Below, piece after piece: positions 1 through 12,230 of a stretch of DNA of 64,000 nt. The DNA comes from Octopus sinensis (taxonomy: Eukaryota), in NCBI RefSeq assembly GCF_006345805.1, contig NC_043012.1, positions 34,782,001 to 34,846,000 on the forward strand. Reading direction: 5' to 3'. Each line of letters opens with the position of its first letter. The first letter of the stretch is position 1. Below the pieces are notes generated by a model. It made no database searches. It was given only the letters and a program-made list of their open reading frames with translations, and had not been told where the DNA came from. The position numbers were made by a program, and so were the translations under genes.

Positions 1-480
1 TCCGAGCTGCGTTCTTTTTATTTGTTTGTGCGCATGTGTGTGGGCCAGAGTGCATGCGTATACACATATGTATGTATGTGTGTGTATGCATGTATGTGTG
101 CGTATGCATATATATATATATCCGTATGTATACATGTATGTACGTTTGCATATTTGTATTCATGTGTTTATGTGTTCGTCTCTGTTTGTATGTATGTGTG
201 TGTGTGTGTTTGAGCGTGTATGTGTGTGTATTTTTGTGTGTACCTCTGTCTCCTTGTGTGTGTATGTGGTCATGTGTTTCAGTCTTTATTTGTGTGTGTA
301 TGTGTGTGCTTGTCTGTCCACATTGCCTATGTACCTGTTTATCTGTTTATCTGTTTACATTCATAGCCATTTACCTACATATATGCACATACACATATAT
401 ATATATATATATATATATATGCATATATACACAGACACCCACATACACATACACATACATACATCTACATAAAAGCCTAT
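1..480. repeat. Compound (TG)n/(TA)n/(TATG)n microsatellite
   Basis: Visible dinucleotide and tetranucleotide runs; the overlapping Val/Cys/Tyr-rich ORFs are translation artefacts. Confidence 0.9.
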
Positions 481-504
481 TAATTACTCTACCTGTATAT
501 ATAT

Positions 505-1026
505 ATAAATTGTGGGTATTGGGGTATGACTACCTTCTACCTTTATCTCCTATTTAGAACTGGGGATGTTTCATTTGTGAGGAGGTACTGCTGTATTTGT
601 CTGAGCGTTCGGTTCTTCAGGTGCTTGGATAAAAATGTGGATGTCAAGTCGACCCAGTGTGCCTCGACGTTAGTCTGTGGCATGTTGGTAGAGTATGGAG
701 GACTGTCTTTTGTTGTCATATTCTCTCAAATATCATTTAGTCTCTCCGCAATGCTCCTAGATGTCTCACCTATGTAAATCATGTTCTTATCTTTACAAGT
801 ACCTTCTATGCACCTTATACTGTAGACTATATTTCTAGTCCTACAGTTAATGTCAGGTTTAATCATACATACCATGCAGTTATTGGTGCATGTGGTATTC
901 TCGAAGGAGTATGTCCTACACTGTTGTGATCTGATGGAGCTCCTTGGCTTTCAACGATCTTAATGTTGAGTTTGGCTTTCTTCAGAGATTTCCTAAACCT
1001 ACGGGCTAGTTCTCCAATATCACTCC
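505..1026 (-). mobile_element. Degraded Penelope-like element, linker plus GIY-YIG endonuclease fragment
   Basis: Manual minus-strand translation gives SDIGELARRFRKSLKKAKLNIKIVESQG...CTNNCMVCMIKPDINCRTRNIVYSIRCIEGTCKDKNMIYIGETSRSIAERL, i.e. a Cys-rich linker and the VY..YIG motif, with frameshifts and stops. Confidence 0.8.
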
Positions 1027-1209
1027 TTGATGTTTGTATGTATATATGTACATATATATACAGTTGAATAAGGTTAAGGCACCTGGTTGGGTCTGAATAA
1101 TGATATAATGTACTTATTGATCAATTAAAAAATTTGTTAGAAATGGCTGTAATGAATTGACACCTGTCTGTCAATTGTTACTTGTGTATTTACATGCATA
1201 CACATAATT

Positions 1210-1425
1210 CATCATCATCATCATCATCATCATTTAGCGTCCGTTTTCCGTGCTAGCATGGGTTGGATGGTTCGACCAGGGTCTGGAAAGCCAGGAGGCT
1301 GCACCAGGCTTCAATCTGATCTGGCAGTGTTTCTACAGCTGGATGCCCTTCCTAACACCAACCAATCTGTGAGTGTAGTGGGTGCTTTTTTATGTGCCAC
1401 CAGCACAGGTGCCAGGGGAGGCTGC
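1210..1425 (-). mobile_element. RTE LINE 3' end, 5'-truncated, (GAT)n tail
   Basis: Reverse complement of the 3' UTR that follows the RTE ORF at 26971-27634; (CAT)n at the left end. Confidence 0.85.
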
Positions 1426-1730
1426 ATAAATAAATATATATATATTACATATAAATGCATAAACACATACTAACAAACATATATATTGACCAACAGAAAT
1501 ACACACACACAAGTTGTAACATCATCTGCAAGATTCGAACTCCCCATCTCCTGTAAACTGTACATATACCTAACAAGTGAGTGAGCAGAACTGTGAAACA
1601 CAGAGTACAGAAAATTATGGGCCCTTCATGTATTAAAGAATACTTTATACTCAAGTATTTAGATCTGTAATTTGACACTTCTCAATGAATCAGCTGATAT
1701 TTTATGTCATATTATGATTCACACACACAT

Positions 1731-2051
1731 ATCATCATCATCATCGTTTGACGTCCGCTTTCCATGCTAGCATGGGTTGGATGGTTTGACCGGGGTCTGG
1801 GAAGCCAGGAGGCTGCATCAGGCTCCAGTCTGATCTGGCAGTGTTTCTACAGTTGGATGCCCTTCCTAACACCAACCACTCCGTGAGTGTAGTGGGTGTT
1901 TTTTACGTGCCACCGGCACAGGGGCCAGACGAGGCTGGCAACAGCCACAATCGGTTGGGGCTTTTTACGTGCCACCGGCACAAGTATCACAACTACAATT
2001 TCCATTTGATTTTTTGATGTTGAAGTACTTAACTCAATAGGTCACCTCAAG
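1731..2051 (-). mobile_element. RTE LINE 3' end, 5'-truncated
   Basis: Same 3' UTR family as 27000-27634, with (CAT)n tail. Confidence 0.85.
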
Positions 2052-2152
2052 CTGCACTGCAAATGTATTACTGCTCTCTGTCTGTTAACAGCTCAGTGTA
2101 CAGGTGAGTATACTGGCATTGATGTAGCAACATTTGAAATATTGTCCAGGTA

Positions 2153-2227
2153 AATCCAGCTGATGAAGACTAATCAAATTTACAATGACAAACGTATTTG
2201 AAGAGTCCGAAACCTAGGCACTGGATT
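2153..2227 (+). ncRNA. Degenerate minimal type I hammerhead ribozyme motif
   Basis: AATCCAG-CTGATGA-a-GACT..AGTC-c-GAAA-CCTAGG-CA-CTGGATT: 7 bp stem I, 4 bp stem II, near-palindromic stem III; conserved U16.1 is C in this copy. Confidence 0.65.
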
Positions 2228-2459
2228 ATCCGATTCTGGGTTGTCCATATATATAATGTTCTTCCTAGAGGTAAGACAAATTTTTTTATGTTTGCCAGTA
2301 TATACACATTGAAGCTTTACTATAGCATCATAAATATATCGACTGCTATTTCCAGTAAACATTGGTGCTTTGTTGTACCACCACTCTATATGCAAACAGG
2401 AAAAAAAAAGAACTCAAAATATGAGTATATGTATATTTTTATTAATATTTAACAGAAGT

Positions 2460-2605
2460 ATTTATCTATCTACCTCCCTCCTCCATGCCTACCTACCCAC
2501 CTACCTACCTACCTACATACCTACCTACCTATCTATCTATCTATCTATCTATCTACCTATCTATCTATCTATCTACCTATCTATCTATCTATCTACCTAT
2601 CTATA
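2460..2605. repeat. (CCTA)n/(TCTA)n microsatellite
   Basis: Visible tetranucleotide repeats. Confidence 0.9.
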
Positions 2606-2606
2606 T

Positions 2607-2811
2607 GAAGGTGCATGGCTCAGTGGTTAGAGCATCGGCTCACAATCATGAGGTAGTGAGTTCAAATCTCGAACCAGGCTCTGTGTTGTGTTCTTGAGTA
2701 AGACACTTTATTTCACATTGTTCAGTTCACTCAGGTGTAGAAACGAGTCGTGATGTCACATTGTGACCAGCGATGTGTAGCAACATCTGATAGCCTGGTT
2801 GGTCATGTGAT
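2607..2811 (+). mobile_element. tRNA-derived SINE
   Basis: A box TGGCTCAGTGGTTAG, B box GAGTTCAAATC, then a body (tgttcttgag..agacact) related to the copy at 38268-38518. Confidence 0.7.
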
Positions 2812-2951
2812 ATATATATATATACACACACATATATACTCTGTGTGTGTTTATGTATATATGTATATATGTATATATTTGCATACATATATACATATAC
2901 ACACAGATAGATAGACAGACAAATAGAGAGAGAGAGAGAGAATATATAATA

Positions 2952-2989
<38 letters not shown>

Positions 2990-3538
2990 TGTTGAAACAT
3001 AATTTGTGAGGCTGAGATGCGCTGGTGGATACGACTGCTAAAAGTTTCATCGTTTTCCTCCCATGAAGAATATTTTTCAAGCGTATGTTCAACTAAGGAC
3101 TCTTCTTTAAACGCAGAAGAAAAGATTTAATAAAACCAGAGCCGAGAAGTTAAGAACTTCGTCTTCTGTCAACGGTTTCATGATATTATCTCTGGATGGT
3201 ACCCTTGACTATGTTTCATCTCAATCACTGTCTTCACGCGTAAGGGTTCGGGTGCGTGTTTTTGACTGAGATAGGAAGGGACTGCGCTCACGCGCGCGCG
3301 TATATGAATGGAGATGTGTTCTTGTATACGTAAGAGAATAGAATGTATAAAGTTGCCCGTAGTTCATTCTGTGTATATGTATGTTTATGTTGTATGTGTT
3401 CATTATGCTACTAAGGCCAGCACACTTCTCCGTCAACATTTTTTTTTCAAACTACTTTTCTAGTAGTACTTTTCTAGTAATTACGGTTAGATCTTGCATC
3501 GCACTCTTTTCTTCGTTTTCTTATTTATATATTTTATT

Positions 3539-5044
3539 GGCGGAGGTAATAAAGCTCATGGACCGCACCCCGCCTTGGGGATTTTAAAAAAATTTTTAAT
3601 TTTTTTTTAACAGGAACACACTATATCGAGGGCGGAGATTCCGAATCAAAATTTAATTCCCCACCCCCAATTTCTTAAATTTTCACTTCAAAAAAAAAAA
3701 AAAATTTTTTTTCCGCGAAATACCTAGAAAAGTACGGAAATTATGATTCTGAAAAAGAAAATTTTGCAAAATTTAAATTTTTCAAAAAAAAAAACAAAAC
3801 AAAAAAAAACCCTAAATAAACACCCCTTCACCCCTATGACAAGAAGTGAAATTAAAGTGTTTTCTCTGCTAATGTTTCACGCATGCCATAGAATTATAGA
3901 ATAGCAGACGCAAAAAGGATCGAAACAGAGAACTGGACGTGCTTAGAAACACGTTTTCCAAATTTTAATACGAATTACTAAAAAGAAAAATTTCTAAATT
4001 TAGCCCCTCCCACCGAATATCTTCATTTTTCATTTATTTTAGACATATCTTTTGGCGAAATACATAGAAAAATACGGAGATTATGATTTGAAAAAAAAAT
4101 GTTTCTAAAACTTCAATTTTTAAAAATAAAATAAATACCCCCCCCTTCACTCTATAACAGAAAGTGAAATTTTCCCACCCCTTTTTTTTTCTTTGCCAGA
4201 GGGGCAAAGAATGAAAACGTGTTTGGGGGGGGGGGGTGTTCAAAATCTTTAATTTTTAAGCACGCCCCCAACAGGAAATCTGACAAGCTAGAAACAACAG
4301 CCGAACCGAGGATCAACTTTCTAAATATGAAACAAAAAAAAAAATTTTGAAAATATCATTTTGTTGTGTGTGTGTGTGTGTGTGTGTGTGTGCAAAAAAA
4401 TTAATTTTTACCTACCTCTTTTAATTCCAAGGCCCTCAACATTAGTTGCGAAAACACTTTTATTTCACTTCTTGTCATAGGGTGGCGGGGGAGGAGGTCC
4501 TTATTTATTTGCTATTGCTTTTGAAAAATTGAAATTTTACAAAATTTTTGTTTTCAGAATCATAATCTTCGTATTTTTCTACATATTTCGCGAAAAAAAA
4601 AAAAAAAATTTTTTTCAAGTGAAAATTTAAGAAATTGCGGGGTGGGTGGGGTGAATTTAATTTTCGAAATGCAAATTTTATTCGGAATCTCCGCCCTCGA
4701 TATTATGGTACTACTAGCGAACAGTGGTCCCGGTGCGCGCACCCGTACATCCGCGCTAGCTAGACGTAAGCAGTCGATCCTACAACGACTTTTTAACCCT
4801 AAACCTAACTCTAACCTTAACCCTATCTCTAATCTTAGTTTGTTTATAAAAATAATCTATCACCTACTTAGTTTAAAAAATTATTTAGGATCGACTACTT
4901 ACGTCTAGCTAGCGCGGATGCGCGTGTGCGCGCACCGGGACCACTGTTCGCTAGTCGTACCCGATATTATAGTGTATTTCTGTAAAAAAGAATAACAAAA
5001 AAAACCTGCCAAAGGGGGTGCGGTCCATGGTCCTTACCTCCGCC
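3539..5044. mobile_element. Non-autonomous foldback DNA transposon (GG..CC ends, 8 bp TSD)
   Basis: TIRs GGCGGAGGTAA..CATGGACCGCACCCC and its reverse complement; TSD ATTTTATT at 3531-3538 and 5045-5052; long subterminal inverted modules (about 3620-3790 vs 4510-4706). Confidence 0.85.
4707..4961. mobile_element. MITE nested in the 3539-5044 element, 9 bp TSD, telomere-like core
   Basis: About 75 bp TIRs beginning GGTAC; TSD CGATATTAT at 4698-4706 and 4962-4970; degenerate (TAACCC)n in the centre. Confidence 0.9.
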
Positions 5045-5679
5045 ATTTTATTTTATCATGATTTTACCCCCAACAACATCGCTTCAACTCATTTCTTCCT
5101 TCTCCTTCTTGCTGCTGCTGTTTCTCTCTCACTTTCAGTAACTACACCCCGCTTTCTCGCTTCACTTTCAGAGTGAATTCACTCCCTCCAGATGCGATCG
5201 TACTCCATACCACGGGACACTCTCTTTTAATAATCTAACCACATCTCCACGTTTATTTATTCTTTGTAATACTTCTCCATCTCCATCGTTAATCTGCTTT
5301 TACTGTTTCTTTCCCCCTCACACTTGTAATTCGTCCCGTTTATGAGTATAAACACGCACAGATAACTAAATAACTGCATTGTGTACATCTATATATATCT
5401 ATGCGTGTCTTATTTATATTTCTTCCATCACGACAACAAGCACGTTGTAAGGATAACAAAACTGTAAAGATGATGATTCGTGTACAACTCCTGGGCCATT
5501 TCGCAGTTCTGTGATGATGAAGAAGATGAGAGACCAACTTATGGCCGAGAAATGAATCTGGACGATCGATGCAAAAGAAACTTGCGCTTACATTCCATCG
5601 CAGGAAACGCACTCCCAGCACAGAAGGGATATTCTGACACAGATTTACGTTAATGCTACGTTTACCCTGGCATTTTTGG

Positions 5680-5766
5680 GTCTCGGATTAAAAAGAAAAC
5701 TTACTATACTCTACTACATTATATATATACATTATATATATACACTATAATATACAACATTATATA

Positions 5767-5817
<51 letters not shown>

Positions 5818-6035
5818 TATATATATATTTGTGTCTCGGATTAAAAAGAAAAGTTACTATACTCTACTACATTATATATATACACTATAATATACTACAT
5901 TATATATATATATATTATTATATATATATATATATATTTGTGTCTCGGATTAAAAAGAAAAGTTACTATACTCTACTGCATTATATATATATACATTATA
6001 TATATATATAAAATACTACATTATATATATATTTA
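5680..6035. repeat. Three-copy local tandem repeat with (TA)n spacers
   Basis: gtctcggattaaaaagaaaa(g)ttactatactctact recurs at about 5680, 5832 and 5942. Confidence 0.8.
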
Positions 6036-6458
6036 TATATATATGTTTGTAGCGAGGATAGAGGAAGCAAATAAGATGGTACGAGACACACATACTAAAT
6101 GATATACATACCAAATATTAATAACAATACCATCAGTTAAAGAAGAAAAACTATTTACCGTTTACTTTTCGGGGATTGCCTACGGACTACTATTACTACT
6201 ACACTACCCTTGTAGAACGTAAGTACTTCATATAATCTGATAAAAGTACTTTCTAATTGACCTGAGAAAGTAAACAAAACGAGTTTTATGTACAAACATG
6301 ATGTATATATGTGTGTGTGTGTAAAAGTCGCAATGTTTTCAGCTAACTTTAGCCTTTGTTAATACAATTTATATTTAATTCTTTGTAAGATGGGATTTCT
6401 TTATTGGATCCGCTTTTGGTGCTTCGCATGTAAGCAAACATCTCCACCACAAACTTTA

Positions 6459-7108
6459 GCTTAACCTCCAGTGTTTGACTCGAGCAAAAAAAAAGTGTAA
6501 TAGATGTAAAACAACATGTAGTAAACGAATATGAAAAAAAAAAATGCGCGCTGGCGAACGGAGAAGACTCGGAAAATTCACATGGGGATTATTCCGAGTC
6601 CTCTCAACACTTCCCCGTTCGTCGGAGCAATTTTTTTCTTCATATTCGTTTACTAAACATTATTTTACACCCAGTACATTATTTTTTTTTTCAGTTTAGT
6701 ACACATTATTTTACACCCATTGCACTTTTTATTTTGGTGGCCGGGTGTCGAGTCGGGTTACTGCATCATGTGAATTATCCGAGTCCGCACCCCACGTCAC
6801 AAAAATTGAAATAAAAATAGCGTACTAGGTGTAAGATGATGTGTACTAAATTGAAAAAAAAAATAGTGTACTAGGTGTAAGATAATGTATAGTAAACGAA
6901 TATGAAGAAAAAAAAAATTGCTCCCACGAACGGGGAAGTTGTGAGAGGACTCGGAACACTCCCGATGTGAATTTTCCGAGTCGTCTTCTCCGTTCCCCAG
7001 TGCGCATTTTTTTTCATATTCGTTTACTACCTGTTGTTTTACACCTATTACACTTACTATTTTTTTTTCATTTTTTTTTTTGCTCGGATCAAACACTCGA
7101 GGTTAACC
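6459..7108. mobile_element. About 650 bp foldback MITE (G..CC ends, 8 bp TSD)
   Basis: Most of the element is an imperfect palindrome; ends G(C)TTAACCTC..GAGGTTAACC; TSD AAACTTTA at 6451-6458 and 7109-7116. Confidence 0.85.
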
Positions 7109-9478
7109 AAACTTTATAAGTTCTCGCTGTCCCTTTCTATATATTACCATCATCTCTGCCTTGGCTGCTATTTATTTTTTCCCCCTTTTGACAGCACCGC
7201 CATCAGTTTTGTTTATGAATAATAATACTTTATGTTGTTGTCTTGGATTCATTTCTATGTTGTTACAAGTTATACACAGAAGCTTGTTCTCTTTTCAGAT
7301 AACCAATAGAAAAAAATAATTGAGCAGAGGAAACGACGTCTGATATAAAAAGTGTGGATGAACAAAGCAACATGAGATTTCTGCAACTCTCAACTTCCTT
7401 AACTTCCACTTTAAAAAGAGATAAAGAAAAGATTGGTTGTATTTCCCGTTAATATCCATATTCTTAGTAAGTGAAAAGCGAGACTTATTTATACACAAGT
7501 AGACGCTATTAGAGTAGCTAATTGATAATTAGTAATAATTAATTAGCTGCTCTATTACCAAGAAAAATAACTGAAGAAATACAAATATATTAATGAAACT
7601 GACGCCGGAGAAATTAAAACCCCTCTACTGAACTGCCTACCTTTTTATTTGCATCCCTATCACCTGAAATAACAATATACCGTTACTTCTTCCCACTTTC
7701 TACATCTCAAACCAAATGTTTCTCGCCTAAATTACTTCAATGTGTTATTTGTTGTCAAAGCTGGCCAAATTTCCAAAAAAGAAATTAACAATCAGAAATA
7801 AGAACCTCAAGATGTTCGCATCATTAGACCCCTAACGAAAGCACTTCCTGTCTGCTTTTGTTTGGCTCCACATGTAGTTTATGGTGTTAGTGGAAGGAAA
7901 GCTTCAGCTAGGCTAAAGGTACATTCCTTTATATCTGGCTTTTGATAAATACACAGAGAGCCTCCACATCAGTGCGTGTAAGTTTGTGTGTAATTATAAT
8001 AAGTTGAGTGAAATGTGATGGAAGTTTTCAGCTAACTTTTTAAGTCACCCTTCCTTTTCTTTTACGTCTCTTTGGCAACCACCGTCATAATAAAAGTCAA
8101 TTAATGATGGGATGGCTAATTATAAATAGTTCAGGTAATTAGCAAATCTCAAATAAAACCCTTTATAATGTGAATATTTATGTTATTGCTGAAGTTGTAG
8201 ACAAAAACAACAGCTGTACCTGTTTTCGGCTGCCACAGGCTGAAACTGGTGCTTCCTCGGCGACTTTGTGTCAGTGATGTTTGTACTTAACACAACTCAC
8301 CAACAACTTTTGTCCGCACATGGACCACTGTTTGTTTAGGGGGACATACCTTTGCAATTCAAACCACACAATTTTACATGAAAGTCGGTCGTTGTTGATG
8401 CAGAAACGTTAATGGCGGAATTAGTTTAGGAATAAGAAGGGAGACAGGCTGGTGTCGTATAACAACACTCCATCTGCATTTACAGCTATCTGTTATAAAC
8501 TTTGAACAGCTTTCTTATATATATATGTTCTGTATTATGTGGTGGTATTTGTTTTCATAGAAGAAAAGTAATTATATATACACACACACAAAGAATTTAA
8601 ACATTGTTTTCGGGCATAATTAGAAGCTTTTAACATGCCTCTAAGAAATAGTCATATTCAATTAATAGAAAAAGATGTAGTATAAGAACGTGAGAAAGAT
8701 AGAAAGAAAGAAGTGAAGAAAGATTAAAGAGAGAAAAGAAAGCGATGCGTGATTAGGGTAAAAATATAGCCAGCAGACGGAGTGTTTAATGTAATAATAG
8801 AGGCGTCTGTAACAAGTAATTGAAAGCTTGTGAGAAAAATAGGCGGTTCACTCTATGACATATTTAAGATAGTAATTAAAATAATAAGCTGGTCTAATTC
8901 TGTTGGTTAGTCTAAGTAGACATTTAGGGAACTAGTTTATTTATCCCACTCCCTGCTCCTCCTCCTCCCTGTTGTACTTACTTAACTAACGAGGTCGGGT
9001 GTCGAAGAGATTCGTATTAGTTGAGCTCTATGGTAGGCCGGTGTTCTCAAATCCGTAACATGTGAAGCTTGCACTTGCTACAGGCGAAACTTTTATCTAA
9101 TGATTACATAATATGATCCCAGAGGCAATCACAGTTGCTCACCAAAGCTTTCTCTGATTTGTTGGCCTTCAAGTAATTACCATAGTTTATTAGTTAAACC
9201 AGTTGGCTTTAATAATTCCAACAATACATATTCCCCCACTTCGGCAAAGTAAATCTTCAGCTTATTATTCGCCCGGATATTTTATAATTTACATATAAAT
9301 CGTACTTAACACGAGTCAAAGCGATACCTTCGGGTTAAATTTATACAAAGAAAAGAACTTGGGGGGGGAAAAAATCAAAGTGATTGTAATTGTGTCCTCC
9401 ATCTAAGAAGGGGAAACGTTTCCCCTTGAGAAGCTCTGAGAGTGAGAGCTACTTTTCTCCCTTAAAGTCTCCCATACG

Positions 9479-10273
9479 ATGAATGTGTGTGAAGTCTGGT
9501 TGCTAGTGTCTTTGTACTTGATAAAAGCGTACTTAGTTGATGTTGTGGAGTCCGGAGAGAGCTGTGTATTAGTAAATACCAAATGCTACCGGCGAACCGG
9601 TTGTAGAATGGCCCTGCAGAACTTTTTCTACGTTTGCTCTTCAGTAATTGAAGGTGAATCGAGAGGGTGTACTGTTGGTTGCAAGCGTGCTCTCATTTCG
9701 TTGTTAAAAACTGAAGACAGAGCTGGCCGTGCTTACATGAACTGTGATTGTCGGGACGATAAGAAATGCCTGGAACAAAAACGACGCGTCGAGGTGTGCA
9801 AAAGCGATGTCCTAGCAGAATTGGACAGCGTGGACGATAACACCACTCGAGTATCTTGTACCTTAGCTAGATTCACATGTGAAGCAGACACTTCCTGCTT
9901 TGCGGCTCTTGGATTTTACACAGAGAACTGCAGACGTTTGATGATGGGTGACAAATGCACACCAAGATGTAACAACAGCTTGAATGTGCTACACCAGCAA
10001 TTCAAGGCAAGAAAGCTACAGACATGTAACTGTGATGGCACCGAGCCCTACGACTGTGAACGCATTAAAGAATTTACTGAGGAACTCTGTTATAATCGGC
10101 CTTATCATGTGAAAAACCATCGGCCACATCGACCAGACTGTGTTAATTCAGCATATAGCAGATGTGATAGTCTCTTAACTAACACCGCAGCCAACCATCG
10201 TTGGTTGTTTTGCTTCGGACAGTTACTCTCTATATTAATATTACTGCAGATAAACAGGACGAATTGGCTATAG
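9479..10273 (+). CDS. GAS1: Growth arrest-specific protein 1-like (GDNF/GAS1 family), single exon, predicted GPI-anchored
   Basis: 264 aa open ORF; hydrophobic N-terminus; two 10-cysteine repeats (SC..C..C..C..C..C..CDC..C..C and SC..C..C..C..C..C..CNC..C..C) typical of GDNF/GAS1 domains; C-terminal hydrophobic WLFCFGQLLSILILL; Gas1 orthologues are typically intronless. Confidence 0.9.
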   Translation: MNVCEVWLLVSLYLIKAYLVDVVESGESCVLVNTKCYRRTGCRMALQNFFYVCSSVIEGESRGCTVGCKRALISLLKTEDRAGRAYMNCDCRDDKKCLEQKRRVEVCKSDVLAELDSVDDNTTRVSCTLARFTCEADTSCFAALGFYTENCRRLMMGDKCTPRCNNSLNVLHQQFKARKLQTCNCDGTEPYDCERIKEFTEELCYNRPYHVKNHRPHRPDCVNSAYSRCDSLLTNTAANHRWLFCFGQLLSILILLQINRTNWL

Positions 10274-10489
10274 TACACACCAAAAGACACCCATGTGCAA
10301 TTCATATTCTTTATGCATACATACAGTGAACACAGCTACCCAACTATAGTACATATATATATATTCTGCATATTGAACGTAGCCAGTGCATTTATAGCCA
10401 TATTCAATGAAGCAATGTAGGTATACTAACAAAATTAGAATATTTAATATGTACTGTGAAGATATTTTGTACTGAACCTACACAAATAT

Positions 10490-10900
10490 ACTTACATACA
10501 AGTATATATATATATATTTATACATAACATGATATATATATATGTATATATATATAACATAATATATATGTATATATATATAACATGATGTATATGTATA
10601 TATAACATGATGTATATGTATATATAACATGATATATATATGTATATATATATAACATGATATATATATGTATATATATATAACATGATATATATATGTA
10701 TATATATATAACATGATATATATATGTATATATATATAACATGATATATATGTATATATATAACATGATATATATATGTATATATATATAACATGATATA
10801 TATATGTATATATATATAACATGATACATATATGTTTATATATATAACATGATACATATTTATGTATATATAACATGATATATATATAGCATGATATATG
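10490..10900. repeat. About 24 bp AT-rich minisatellite (TATATAACATGATATATATATGTA)n
   Basis: Roughly 15 units marked by TAACATG, about 220 bp after the Gas1 stop. Confidence 0.85.
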
Positions 10901-11628
10901 TATGTATATATATATATATATATATAGCATGGTATATATGTATAACATGATTATATATAATCATGCTATACATATATACAATGTATTTATATATAATATA
11001 TATATATATATATATATCATATCTACTAGCTCATTAGATGCATTCGTTTATAGCATCATTTCAAATATACTGATACATAAACCACTTGCATAAAAACACA
11101 TTCACACACCCACATGTACATGCTATATATTTATATAATACAAATATGATATCATGCGGCTCTTTATTATATGCATACATCCAACCTCACAATATATATA
11201 TATCCATATGTTCACATTACAAACAAATATATTTTCAATACATCACACCTTAAAAGATTCACATATCTAGTACTTCTCAAGTACAAAAAAACCCCCCAAA
11301 AAAACCCAACATAAACAGTGACCATGTAGTAAAAAAATAATTCTTTGCATTTGGATTAGAAACCTGGATTTTCCATGAGACACATGTTGCATTTGATCAC
11401 CAATACTGTAACTTCATGTGTGTTGCTGAAGCTGCTGGAATTATAAACTGTGGATATTAATCGAAGGATGTTCAGTGATGTATATTACTCAGTGGAGGTT
11501 ACCGAACCCTACAAAACAACAGGAACACATTAATATTTCATTTAACAACTCATCTTGTTTTTTGTGTATATAAAGATGTATATATAATGTATATACAAAA
11601 TGTCAATCTATCGCTCTTTCTCTCTCTT

Positions 11629-11660
<32 letters not shown>

Positions 11661-11864
11661 CATATCTATCTATATCTATATATATATATATATATATACA
11701 CACACATATATGTACACTTATATATATACATATCTATCTATCTCTCTCTCTCCTATATATATGATGATGATGATGATATATATATATATACACTTATGTA
11801 TATACATATCTATCAATCTCTATATATATACACATATATGTACACTTATATATATATATATCTT

Positions 11865-11945
<81 letters not shown>

Positions 11946-11948
<3 letters not shown>

Positions 11949-12185
11949 AGTTCAGCAAAAGTTAGATTCAGATGAATATGGTACTTAAGTTAAAGGCACC
12001 AGAATTTCGTATGGTATTATCCATATAAATCAAATGGGGTGATTATAATCAAAATAAGCAACAAGGATATCCAAGGTAGTGTAGTGCAATTGTTTTATGC
12101 TACTTCATTTTATTAAACAATGTAAGTATTACATCAGTTTTAAAATGTCAAGCAATTTTCAGCCACATATAGAATTTTTTAATTA
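11946..12185 (+). mobile_element. Short AT-rich repeat embedded in (TA)n (family Y)
   Basis: First ~140 bp nearly identical to 15850-15990; (TA)n on both sides. Confidence 0.65.
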
Positions 12186-12186
12186 A

Positions 12187-12230
<44 letters not shown>

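Noticed and set aside
5450-5650. Coding-looking stretch with a possible acceptor (TTTCGCAG)
   Set aside because: No recognisable protein similarity and no convincing donor; stops in the plausible frames.
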